Positions 54,380-64,000 of a DNA stretch of 64,000 nt are shown here, one piece after another; the first letter of the stretch is position 1, and every line of letters starts with the position of its first letter. The notes beneath the pieces were generated by a model. The model did no database searches, had not been told where the DNA came from, and saw only the letters and a program-made list of their open reading frames with translations. This DNA is from Octopus sinensis (taxonomy: Eukaryota): positions 37,634,001 through 37,698,000 of the forward strand of contig NC_043000.1 in assembly GCF_006345805.1 (NCBI RefSeq). The letters run 5' to 3'. Both the position numbers and the translations under genes were made by a program.

Positions 54380-54382
<3 letters not shown>
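53825..54382 (-). mobile_element. ~560-bp non-coding interspersed repeat in (TTA)n, copy B
   Basis: Inverted counterpart of 50536-51065, with a slightly longer 5' end. Confidence 0.8.
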
Positions 54383-54426
<44 letters not shown>

Positions 54427-54448
54427 TATTATTATTATTATTATTATT

Positions 54449-54659
54449 CAGTAGTATATTTTTTATATCGTGCTTTCACTTCACTACCGAGCGCAGCTTT
54501 GTGTGCCTTGGGTATGTGCTGTGATTTGTTGTGATGCTCTGATGGTTATTGTATGGAAAGTGTTCTGCGTAGGATGTGTGCAGTGCCTAGTAGTGCAATT
54601 TTCTGTATGTTATATGTGTTTGTAAGTCCTGGTATTTTTGTTATGTATTTGTCTGAATA

Positions 54660-54663
<4 letters not shown>
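54449..54663 (-). mobile_element. Short 5'-truncated copy of the R4/Dong 3' end, in (TTA)n
   Basis: Nearly identical to the reverse complement of ~29985-30194, with TTA tracts on both sides. Confidence 0.9.
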
Positions 54664-54738
<75 letters not shown>

Positions 54739-54929
54739 TCTCTTTATCTCAGGTTTTGTTAGAACACCTTGAGTCATGCATCGTAGCAGGCGTACTGCCT
54801 GCAGTGCACGGTACCATGCTATCGGTTGTTTTCAACTGTCTAATACTCTCTTAATTATTCTGGCTGTGCCAAGGAAGGAGGCAAACCTTTTAAAATAGTT
54901 CTGTTAAGCATTTTGTCCGGCGTGCTAAC

Positions 54930-55790
54930 AGTTGTACTCTATTCCAATTTTATTTATATTCCTCTCGATGCCTTCTGATACTCTCCCCAAAGGCCCAACA
55001 ATAATTGGCACTATCTTCACCGTCTTCATTTTCCATATCCTCGCTATTTCATACTTGAGAGGGTTGTATTTATGTAGTTTTCGCATTCTTAACTATTCGT
55101 GGGTCAAAGAGGCACACAACATCAATGATATAGCACATGTGGTGCATCTTGCCGACCACTACTAGCACCTGATTTGTTTGGATTGGGAAATCCCAGAAGA
55201 TTTTGTAAGCCTACGACTCCGACACTCTCTGCGGTTTGTGCTCATACCACATCTTACCTCTCTCTAGTTCCGACTTTTTGCACAGTTTCCAAAGTAGCAC
55301 TTTCGCTACCTGATCCTGTCAGCATAACTTGTAGTAGTTTTGGGTAAGTCTAGGTCATTCGTTCGCGATATGGGCATTGTTTTCGTCCATTCTATTGTGC
55401 TGCGGCACAGCGGAGACACTTGCTCATTCCTAATGTTGACCCTCCAGTTTGAGGGGCCAAAGTTTAGTCATGCACTGCCAATACAGTGCTCTAGGGTTTT
55501 TTTTAGCGTTCCTTTCTTCAGCCCATCCTACCTATTTTTTCCAGCAACTTCTGTTGTGGCTAAATAGATTATGTAGTCCCTTGTTGCGTAATTCTTCGTC
55601 CTTTTTGTACTTCTTCCTTTGCCTTTATTTTCTTCTCTGCTTTCAATGGCCCCTCGTTCCTAACTGTCACTAGCAAAGTTTCCTTACTTTGGGATAAATA
55701 TCTCATTAAGCATACGTAGTCTTCCACACTTATCAGACCTCTTCCTCCACTTGCTCTCTTCATGCATAGGCGAATCAGTGTCTGCACGTG
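54930..55790 (-). mobile_element. Degraded R4/Dong subfamily 2 fragment
   Basis: RLCMKRASGGRGLISVED, VKIVPIIVGPLG and zinc finger remnants, matching 30345-30680. Confidence 0.7.
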
Positions 55791-55829
55791 GATAATGGGT
55801 TCCCTTATTATTTCGTAGTTTTATTTCTA

Positions 55830-57710
55830 TCCCGTACTTTCACTGCACTACAAAGCACAGCTCTGTGTGCCTTGGGTATGTGCTGTGGTTTGTTTTGGTA
55901 TCGTTATTTTCATTGTATTGAAAGTGCTTTATGTAGGATCTGCGCGGTGCCTAGTAGTGCTATTTTCTACGTTATATATATATTCGTAATTCCTAGTCTT
56001 TTGGTTATGTATTTCACTGTGTCTTTTTAAATCATACCTAATGCACCTATTTTTATAGGGATTGTTTCTGTTTTAGACTCCACATTCGAGTTACCACCTT
56101 TTCCAGAATTTTGTATTTTGAGAGTGTCTCCTTTCTTTTAGATATATATTACCATCTGTTGGAATGTTGATTAGGAAGCAATTTTTTCTTAATCTCTGAC
56201 TACTATATCTAGTCTATTAAGCTTGATCTCTCTATCCGTGTATTGGCATATTATGGAGGCGCAATGGTTAGGGTAGCGGAATCGCAGTCGTAAGATCGCG
56301 GTTTCGATTCCCAGACCGGGCGTTGCGAGTGTTTATTGAGTGAAAACCCCCAAAGCTCCCCGAGGCTCTGGCAGTGGGTGATGACTGTTCCGTTGATTGG
56401 ATCAACTGGAATCCTCGTCGTCGTAACCGACGGAGTGCCACGATTGGCATATTCCTGAATGGGGTTGCTTTGTCATTTTCTGAGACCTTTTCTGGGATAT
56501 GCCCATACCATCTTTTTTCTGTTGTTATTCAAGAGTATTGGTATAGCTGTCAGTGTTTATATGTCCCATCCGTGAATATATTCTTTGTTAGCAAGGACCA
56601 AGCAACCAGAGACAATATGATTTATTGTTTCTTTCCCATCACCGCATATTCTGCAGTTGCTTGCTGTACTTTTCTTCAACATGTGTTTCTGGTGGGAAGG
56701 GTTTGATCTTGTTCCACAGTCAAAAATCCTTCAGTTTCTTCTTCGAGTGCTGAACTTCTCTACCATTGTCTGAATTTAACTTTGTTTCTTTTCGATTTAG
56801 TTTATCCCAACATTTGCCATATAGGGGCTTTTCTTGCCTCCATTCTCTCCTGGAATTTTGCTGTTTCAGTTTTAGCTTAGACTTCATTTGCTTTACAGCT
56901 TTTGTTGTTTGCTCTTTTGCTTCACAATTATAAGGTTCTATGACCTCTTTCTCGTATTTTTCGGCTTCTTTAAAAACAGGAAGAAAATTCCCCTTGTTTT
57001 ATGGCCATTTATACCAGTTTTCCCTGGTTCTCAGCTATGTAATCCCGTGGTGTTTACTTCATAGTAATGTTCTAGTTGCATAAGGCCTCTACCACTTTCA
57101 ATTCGTTGTATGCATAACCTTTCTATATCACATTTTGGGTAGTGTATTCTAAATGCCGCCATTATTTTTCTGTCTAGTTTGGTTAGTTCATTCTGTGCCC
57201 AATTAAGAATATTGAAACTAACTTATAGCTGAGAGAACTAAAGTATTATTTTGCTTTTCGCATTCAGCTCTGTTTCAAATATTTATCTAACTTGTCTATA
57301 ATATTCCTTCTTTATCTTCTCTTTCATTTGTGTGCGCTGGTCCGTATCTAGTTCATTGATTCCTAAGCGTTTGGGTTTAGTCTAATTTTCGTCTTTCATT
57401 TTATTTATCTAGTGTTGTATTATTACTCTTAACTAGTTTTCTTCTTTTCAATGTTGATTTCGCACTTTTTCCAAAGCCAAATTTCATATTTTTTCTTTGG
57501 TAAATCCATGCAGTGTCTGTAATAATGTTCGCAGTTGTTTATCATTTGGAGCATAGAGTTTCAGATCATTCATATACAAGAGATGGTTAACTGTGTTACC
57601 GTAGCAGTTGTATCAAGATCCATTTCTGTTTAGAACATCAATTAAAAGCATCAGGGCAAGGCAAAACGCAACGGAGAGAAAGAGTCGCCTTGCAATAGTC
57701 TTCTTCTCAT
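55830..57710 (-). mobile_element. Older R4/Dong element (RT to 3' end), interrupted by a SINE
   Basis: Homologous to ~28350-30180 (NHLLYMNDLKLYAPNDKQL; NCRICGDGKETINHIVSGC; same 3' UTR) with many lesions. Confidence 0.85.
56253..56442 (+). mobile_element. SINE family C with an 11-bp target-site duplication
   Basis: attggcatatt at 56242-52 and 56443-53 flanks a tRNA-like head atggaggcgcaatggttagggtagcgg...gtttcgattccc. Confidence 0.9.
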
Positions 57711-57794
57711 GCGGATGGCTTTGGTTTTTACGATTTCCTCTTTCGTCTAAAGCTGCAGCACTGTTTGACATTTATTCATGCATGCATGTCTTTA

Positions 57795-58240
57795 TGTCTG
57801 TGTTTGTCCCCCACCACCGCTTGACAACCGGTGTTGGTATGTTTACGTCCCCATATTCTAGCGGCACGCAAAAGAGACCGATAGAATAAGTACTAGGCTT
57901 TAAAAAACAAGTCTGGAGGTGGATATGTTCGGCTAAAGGTCATCAAGACTGTGCCCCAGCATGGCCGCAGTCTAATGACTGAAACAAGTAAATTGATAAA
58001 ACAAAGCAACGATAAAAAGATCTTTTACTCTCTTACTTGATTCACTCATTCGACTGCAGCAATGCTGGAGCGCCAGCTCGAATGTTTAGTCGAACAAATC
58101 GACCTCAGGACTTCTTTTAAGCCTAGTACTTATTCTAGCCGTCTCTTTTGTCGAACCGCTAAGTTACGGGGACATAAATACATCAACACCGGTTTTCAAG
58201 CGGTGATGGGGAGAGGGTAAACACAGACACAAAGACACAC
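57795..58240. repeat. Two SINE family A 3' halves in inverted (tail-to-tail) orientation
   Basis: A plus copy at ~57795-57995 and a minus copy at ~58025-58240, separated by ~30 bp. Confidence 0.8.
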
Positions 58241-58357
58241 ACACATATATATATACACACACACGCACACACATATATATATATGAATATATGTACACGT
58301 ATATACATACATACATATATTTATATATATATATATATGTATATACATACATATATT

Positions 58358-58487
<130 letters not shown>

Positions 58488-58634
58488 TGTATATATACAT
58501 ATGTCTTACTTTGAAAAATTGCATTCGGTGGGATTAGTAATATTTTTGGTAGAAATGACTGATTGTCCCTCTTAGCGTTTGACATGTATGTAGAATGCCT
58601 CCTGGCATGTATGTATAATGCCCTCTATATATAA

Positions 58635-58677
<43 letters not shown>

Positions 58678-58682
58678 ATATA

Positions 58683-59349
58683 TTGTAAAAATATTATAAT
58701 ATATTATAAAATATTATAATAATCCAGGTTTCTCGGAGCACTAGGCCACTTGGTGTTGAATAGATATACTATTAAATTAGTATCTAATTCTCTCACCCTT
58801 ATTAATTAATTATAATTATGCTACATTTATTTCTAAATGCAGTATTTGTTTTCCGTGAAAGTTTGGCGCGCTGTTAGTAGGGGCATTTGAATTATAACGT
58901 CGGATGTAATCAATTGAACCACACGTGTATTTATCGTTATGGTAAAGTCTGGCGTGTGATTGAGTGGATTTCATCCAGATAGTTTTGGCTGAGGAGCTAC
59001 AAGTGGATTTTTTTGTAAGTAATATTACATTTAATTCATTAATAGCGAAACAATTGTCCCAAAATAATATGTATTTTTGTTATTTTTTATTTGCCCTGTC
59101 CGTGTGAGCTAACAATCGTACTGACTTTCATGGGAAACATGTATTTTTGTGGTTGAAACCTTTTGGATTAACTGATGCTAGAGTGAGCCATATAGTGACC
59201 ACTCTCTTATATTTATTTTGTAAAAATATTATAATATATTATAAAATATTATAATAATCCAGGTTTCTCGGAGCACTAGGCCACTTGGTGTTGAATAGAT
59301 ATACTATTAAATTAGTATCTAATTCTCTCACCCTTATTAATTAATTATA
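58683..59349. repeat. Perfect 132-bp direct repeat (58683-58814 = 59218-59349) around a 403-bp spacer
   Basis: Base-by-base comparison found no mismatch. The whole unit lies between (TA)n tracts. Confidence 0.9.
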
Positions 59350-59669
59350 TATATATATATATATACGTGTATATATATATTTATGCATATATATATATAT
59401 ATATTTATGCATATATATATATATATATATATATTGCTGAGATGTACTTGCATAGCGAGTGACTTGATCTGAGATCCTGTGCTGGAACGAAAAAAAATTG
59501 CAGCGTGGAAGGTGTTTATAAGCCATTTAAGAAGCACACATAACACCGTTAGATTCACTTCAACATTTAAATTCAATTTGCCAAAATATTTCTGTAGCTT
59601 TTCGCTTCTGCCAACTTTACCGCCTGGCCAACTTCTAATAATGGTCCCAAATTTTGGCAAAAGGCCAGC

Positions 59670-59860
59670 AATTTCTGGGAAGTGTGGAAGTCGATACGTT
59701 GATTCCAGTAACCTACTGGTACTTATTTTATCGACCCTGAAAGAGTGAAAGGCAAAGTCAACCTCGGGGGAATTTGAACTCTTATCGTAAAGGCGGACGA
59801 AATGCAGTTAAGTGTTTTGCCTGTCGAGTTGCCGATTCTACCAGCTCGCCACCTTTGCCA
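59670..59860 (-). mobile_element. SINE family B
   Basis: ctactggtacttattttatcgaccctgaaag...ggaatttgaactc. Confidence 0.8.
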
Positions 59861-60254
59861 TCTCCTAATAATAATGAGTTAAGCCATAGAACTTCAACAC
59901 CCCCACCTACCGGCTAATTTATATATAAACCACGTGAAGTGAATTACGCAGCAGTGATTCATTATCGTATATCAATATGTGGGAAGAATGATTGGAGAAG
60001 GAAGAGGAGGGAGGCGGTTGTCTTCTAATACTGATTATCACAGATTTACAAGCAGCCAGTCACGTTCATCTTGCTGTTGTTGTTCTAAGTTTTGCTTTGG
60101 CGTTGTTGTTGTCATTGGTGGTAGAGGTGGTCTAATGACCAACACTGTTTCATTTTTGAAGTATTTATTCATGTTGTTACTATTTCTGATCTTATCATTG
60201 CTCTTGTTTTCGTGCTGTTACTGTTGTTATGATTCTTTTACTTGGTTCAATCAC

Positions 60255-60660
60255 CAGGATGCAGCCATGCTGGGGCACCACTTTCAGCAATTTTACTCAA
60301 ACCAATCGATTTACATCCCTAAATTTTATTTTTAAAGCCTGATGTTTATTTCTAGTAGTCTTCTGCGCCGAATCGTTAAGTTATGAAGACATAAACACGC
60401 CAACACCGATTGTGAAGAGGTGGTGGAGACAAACACAGATGCAAAACTCAAACATAGACACACATACGCACAACTTCACGCCCCCGCCACGCATATATGA
60501 TGGGCTTCTTTCAGTTTCCGTCTGACAAATTCACCCTCAAGATTTTGGTCGGCTCGAAGCTATATTAGAAAACAATTGCCCAAAGTCCCACGCAGTGGGA
60601 CTGAACCCGGAACAATATGGTTGGGAAACAAGCTTCTTACCACACAGCCATGCCTTCGCC
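60255..60660 (-). mobile_element. SINE family A, degraded full length
   Basis: Both modules are present, ending accacacagccatgccttcgcc. Confidence 0.75.
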
Positions 60661-61036
60661 TATGATTATTGTTGTTGCTATTGCAAAATGTGCTATTATT
60701 TCTTTTTAGTTGCAGTCATTTTGACTGTGACAAATCGACCCCAGGACTTACTCTTTGTAAGCCTAGTACCTATTCTGTCGTTCTCCTTTTGCTGAACCGC
60801 TAAGTTACAGGAACGTAAACACACCAACATCAGTTGTCAAGTGAGGGTGGTGGTGGACAAACACAGACACACAAACAAACGCAAATATATATATATATAT
60901 ATATAAGTATATATATATATTTCCATTTCCTGAGCGCCTATTAATAATAATACTGTAATTGTTCCATTGTTGTTGTTTTTTTGTTTTCCCGTTTGGATTA
61001 AAATTATATATTATATATATATATTATATATATATA

Positions 61037-61069
<33 letters not shown>

Positions 61070-61241
61070 AGAAAGTTTGTTGGTAAAGCACGTGGGTGAA
61101 TATATAAGAAAATAGTAAAGTGTGAAAAAACGACAGAAGGCTTAAATGTTAAAAAATATATATATTTGTGTCAAAATGTCTGGAGAATATTGGAAAAATT
61201 TTTTTTCCTTTCCTTAAAATGACATAATTTTAAAATTTTTA

Positions 61242-61281
61242 AAGAAATTACCGGTTTCGCGTGTAGCTTTTCAAATTTCTT
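61242..61281 (-). ncRNA. Identical hammerhead motif in the inverted left arm
   Basis: Exact reverse complement of 63082-63121. Confidence 0.7.
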
Positions 61282-61334
61282 GTGACGTTATGTTTATATT
61301 GCATGGAATTATCGTTGTTTTTATTTCCAGGAGA

Positions 61335-62931
61335 AATACATACATACACACACCTAATCCGGGGGACCTAAAACTACGACCCATTGTAGCTGGCCCAACC
61401 TGTGAAACACACAGACTAAGTCTACTTATGGACATCCTCTTGAAACCCTTCCTTAAACATATCGATAGCCATATCAGAGATGACTTAGATATGTTAAACC
61501 ACCTTCCAAAAAAAACCAAGGAAGAAACAATCCTGGTTTCATTTGATGTAGTCAACTTGTATACCAGTATACCTCATATTATGGACTGGAGGCAATACAA
61601 TTCTGGTTAGACCAATTTCCGGAAGAAATACCAAAAAGGATCAGTAAAGAATTCATTACTAAATCAATTGAATTCATCCTACACAATAACCACTTCATGT
61701 TTGACAATACATTTTACCGTCAAAAATCCGGAATTGCTATGGGTACAAGGGCAGCACCAGTCATTGCGAACTTAACAATGGGATACATGGAAATAATCAT
61801 TTACCAGGAATCTCTATCAATCTTTGGAAACTCCCTCTCTCAATACATAAAAGAGAATTGGAAACGATTCCTAGACGATTGTTTCATTCTCTGGAATGAA
61901 AACATAGATAAACTCCTAAAATTTAAAAACCTATTGAACAGCATAAACCCAAATATACAGTTCACAATGGAATACAACCAAAAGGAGCTCCCGTTCTTGG
62001 ATATACTAATTAAAAAAATTAACCTTAAAATAGAAACAGACATTTTTTACAAAGCCACAGACGCCAAACAATACCTTCTTTTTAATTCATGCCACCCAAG
62101 ACACACTAAAACAAACATCCCCTTCAACCTTGCAAGAAGGATATGCACAATAGTGTCAGAACAAAATACCAGGAACTTTAGACTGCAAGAACTCAAAAAC
62201 ACCCTAATTGACAGACATTACCCAGCTCAACTCATAGAGGATGGGATCAGACGTGCAACAGAAATCAACATAGAAACTTTAAGAAAAGTTCAACACAACA
62301 ACACACCTTCCCCGAAAATACTACCTTACATATCTACATACAACCCCAGAAACAAAGAAGCCTTCACCATCATCACCCAGAATTTACCAATACTTCATAA
62401 AAACCCAAAATTAAAGGAAATTCTAAACATACACCAAATCATTAAAAGCTACAAACAGCCTAAATCACTTAAAAAGATTCTCACAAAGGCAAAATTGTCT
62501 TCTAAAATTACGGATGCAAAAGTAAAAAAATGTGGTAGATCGAACTGTGCAACATGTCCTAACCTATTGGAAGGATCAGAATTCTTCTTTAAGAGGGACA
62601 GAAATTTAAGATCAAATCTAACTTTACTTGTGCCTCTGAAAACATAATTTATGTTATTAAATGCTCGGGCTGCCACCAAGACTACGTGGGTTCCACGGGA
62701 CTATCACTCAGGCGCAGATGCACACTGCATCGACAACAGATTGCATTCCCAGAATATAGAATGATACCTTTTAGTGAGCACATTGAGAAATGCGCAAAGC
62801 AACTACTGCCACAATTTTTAATCTTCCCATTTTACCAATGTGCTTTCGGATCATCAACACAAATGAGACTGAACAAGGAAACATTCTTCATTGAAAAGTA
62901 CAAACCAGACTCAACCATCCGAACATACTGA
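61335..62931 (+). pseudogene. Penelope RT-GIY-YIG ORF, 5'-truncated, two frameshifts
   Basis: LRPIVAGP, VSFDVVNLYTSIPH, YRQKSGIAMGTRAAP, WKRFLDDCF, PFLDI, CHPRHTK, CGRSNCATC and NIIYVIKCSGCHQDYVGST. Frameshifts at ~61578 and ~62592. Confidence 0.9.
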
Positions 62932-63081
62932 CACAGAGAAATTAACAAGGAAATGGAAAAAAAATTTTTTAAGCGATTATCTCCCCTACACCGGAAAAAA
63001 TCACTCACTACCTCCCCTTATTTAGAAATCTCCTGGAAATAAAAACAACGATAATTCCATGCAATATAAACATAACGTCAC

Positions 63082-63121
63082 AAGAAATTTGAAAAGCTAC
63101 ACGCGAAACCGGTAATTTCTT
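63082..63121 (+). ncRNA. Minimal type I hammerhead ribozyme with a U3-A8 core variant
   Basis: AAGAAAT-TTGAAAA-GC-TACAC-GC-GAAA-CCGGT-A-ATTTCTT: 7-bp stem I, 2-bp stem II, palindromic ACCGGT stem III and a GUA triplet with predicted cleavage after 63114. Confidence 0.7.
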
Positions 63122-63253
63122 TAAAAATTTTAAAATTATGTCATTTTAAGGAAAGGAAAAAAATTTTTCCAATATTCTCCAGACATTTTGACACAAATAT
63201 ATATATTTTTTAACATTTAAGCCTTCTGTCGTTTTTTCACACTTTACTATTTT

Positions 63254-63299
<46 letters not shown>

Positions 63300-64000
63300 A
63301 TCTGTGTGTGTGTGTGTGTGTATATATATACATATATATATATATACGACGAGCTTCTTTCAGTTTCCGCCAACCAAATCCACTTATAAAGCTTTGGTCT
63401 GTTCACGACTATAGTAGAAGACACTTGGCCAGGGTGCAGTGGGACTGAACCTGGAACATGTGTTTGGGAAGCAAGCTTCTTACCACACAGCCACGCCTGC
63501 GCTGTTTGTGATATTTCCTTTTTTTTTATATTGTTACACTAAGCAGTTGTTGCTGTTGTTGTTTATTATTATTGTTTTCTGATATTTTGTTGTTGTTCGA
63601 TATTGCTATTTCTGTTGTACTTTCAGTCTTTTACTACTTCCAGTCATTGGTCTGCGGCCAAGCTGGAGCACCATGGTCAAATATTTAGTCGATCATATCG
63701 CCCTTTGAATTTATAAGTACTAAAGTTTACCTACATATTTCATCGATATCTATTTACTGAACCGCTAAGTTACTTTTTTCTTTTACACGGAGCCTCATTC
63801 AAATATTTAAAGCACCCATTGAATATTTGCTTATAATGGCGACTAACTTTAGAAGTAAAAATTTGCCACTGGGATTAATATCAGGAAACTTTTTATTTAC
63901 ATCTGATAATTAAAATTTTATAATCTTTTTTATTGTTTTCTTCTTTTTCTTGTTTCAGTGGCCATGCTGGAGCACCGCTTTTAGTCGAAAAAATCGATCC

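Larger units (their letters stand above)
61101..63261 (+). mobile_element. Young 5'-truncated Penelope-like element with inverted pseudo-LTR arms
   Basis: 61101-61334 and 63029-63261 are inverted copies differing only by one base in a T/A homopolymer. They enclose RT plus GIY-YIG coding sequence. Confidence 0.92.
60710..63502 (-). mobile_element. SINE family A split within its internal (TA)n tract (3' half 60710-60885, 5' half 63346-63502)
   Basis: The halves are colinear with intact copies, and Penelope-type DNA lies between the two TA tracts. Confidence 0.7.

Noticed and set aside
56253-56330. tRNA-like sequences here and at 9354, 15906, 38500-38570 and 48640-48707
   Set aside because: They continue into SINE bodies, lack a full cloverleaf, and in one case have a TSD. 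They are SINE heads, not tRNA genes.

Overview
This is AT-rich, microsatellite-saturated eukaryotic DNA with no prokaryotic features. The repeat families (tRNA-derived SINEs, R4/Dong-, RTE-, CR1- and Tx1-type LINEs, Penelope-like elements, Tc1/mariner) and the dense (TA)n, (TACA)n, (TATC)n and (TAA)n tracts point to a cephalopod, most likely Octopus. That assignment is from recall, not a search. I could not identify any host gene with confidence, and almost all ORFs in the track are translated microsatellites. Main items: (1) a 1938-bp L1/Tx1-type insertion (40191-42128, minus) that splits a SINE, has a 15-bp target-site duplication, carries one intact 306-aa gag-like ORF1 with a CCHC knuckle and has no ORF2, i.e. 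a half-LINE (HAL1-like) element. (2) A young 5'-truncated Penelope element (61101-63261) with near-identical ~234-bp inverted arms, each holding a complete minimal hammerhead ribozyme with the U3-A8 compensatory core. Several other Penelope-associated hammerhead remnants occur in the window. (3) Long fold-back elements, an inverted repeat pair with a possible gene-conversion tract, and a cluster of TAA-associated R4/Dong LINEs. All alignments were done by eye, and boundaries of degraded repeats are approximate.
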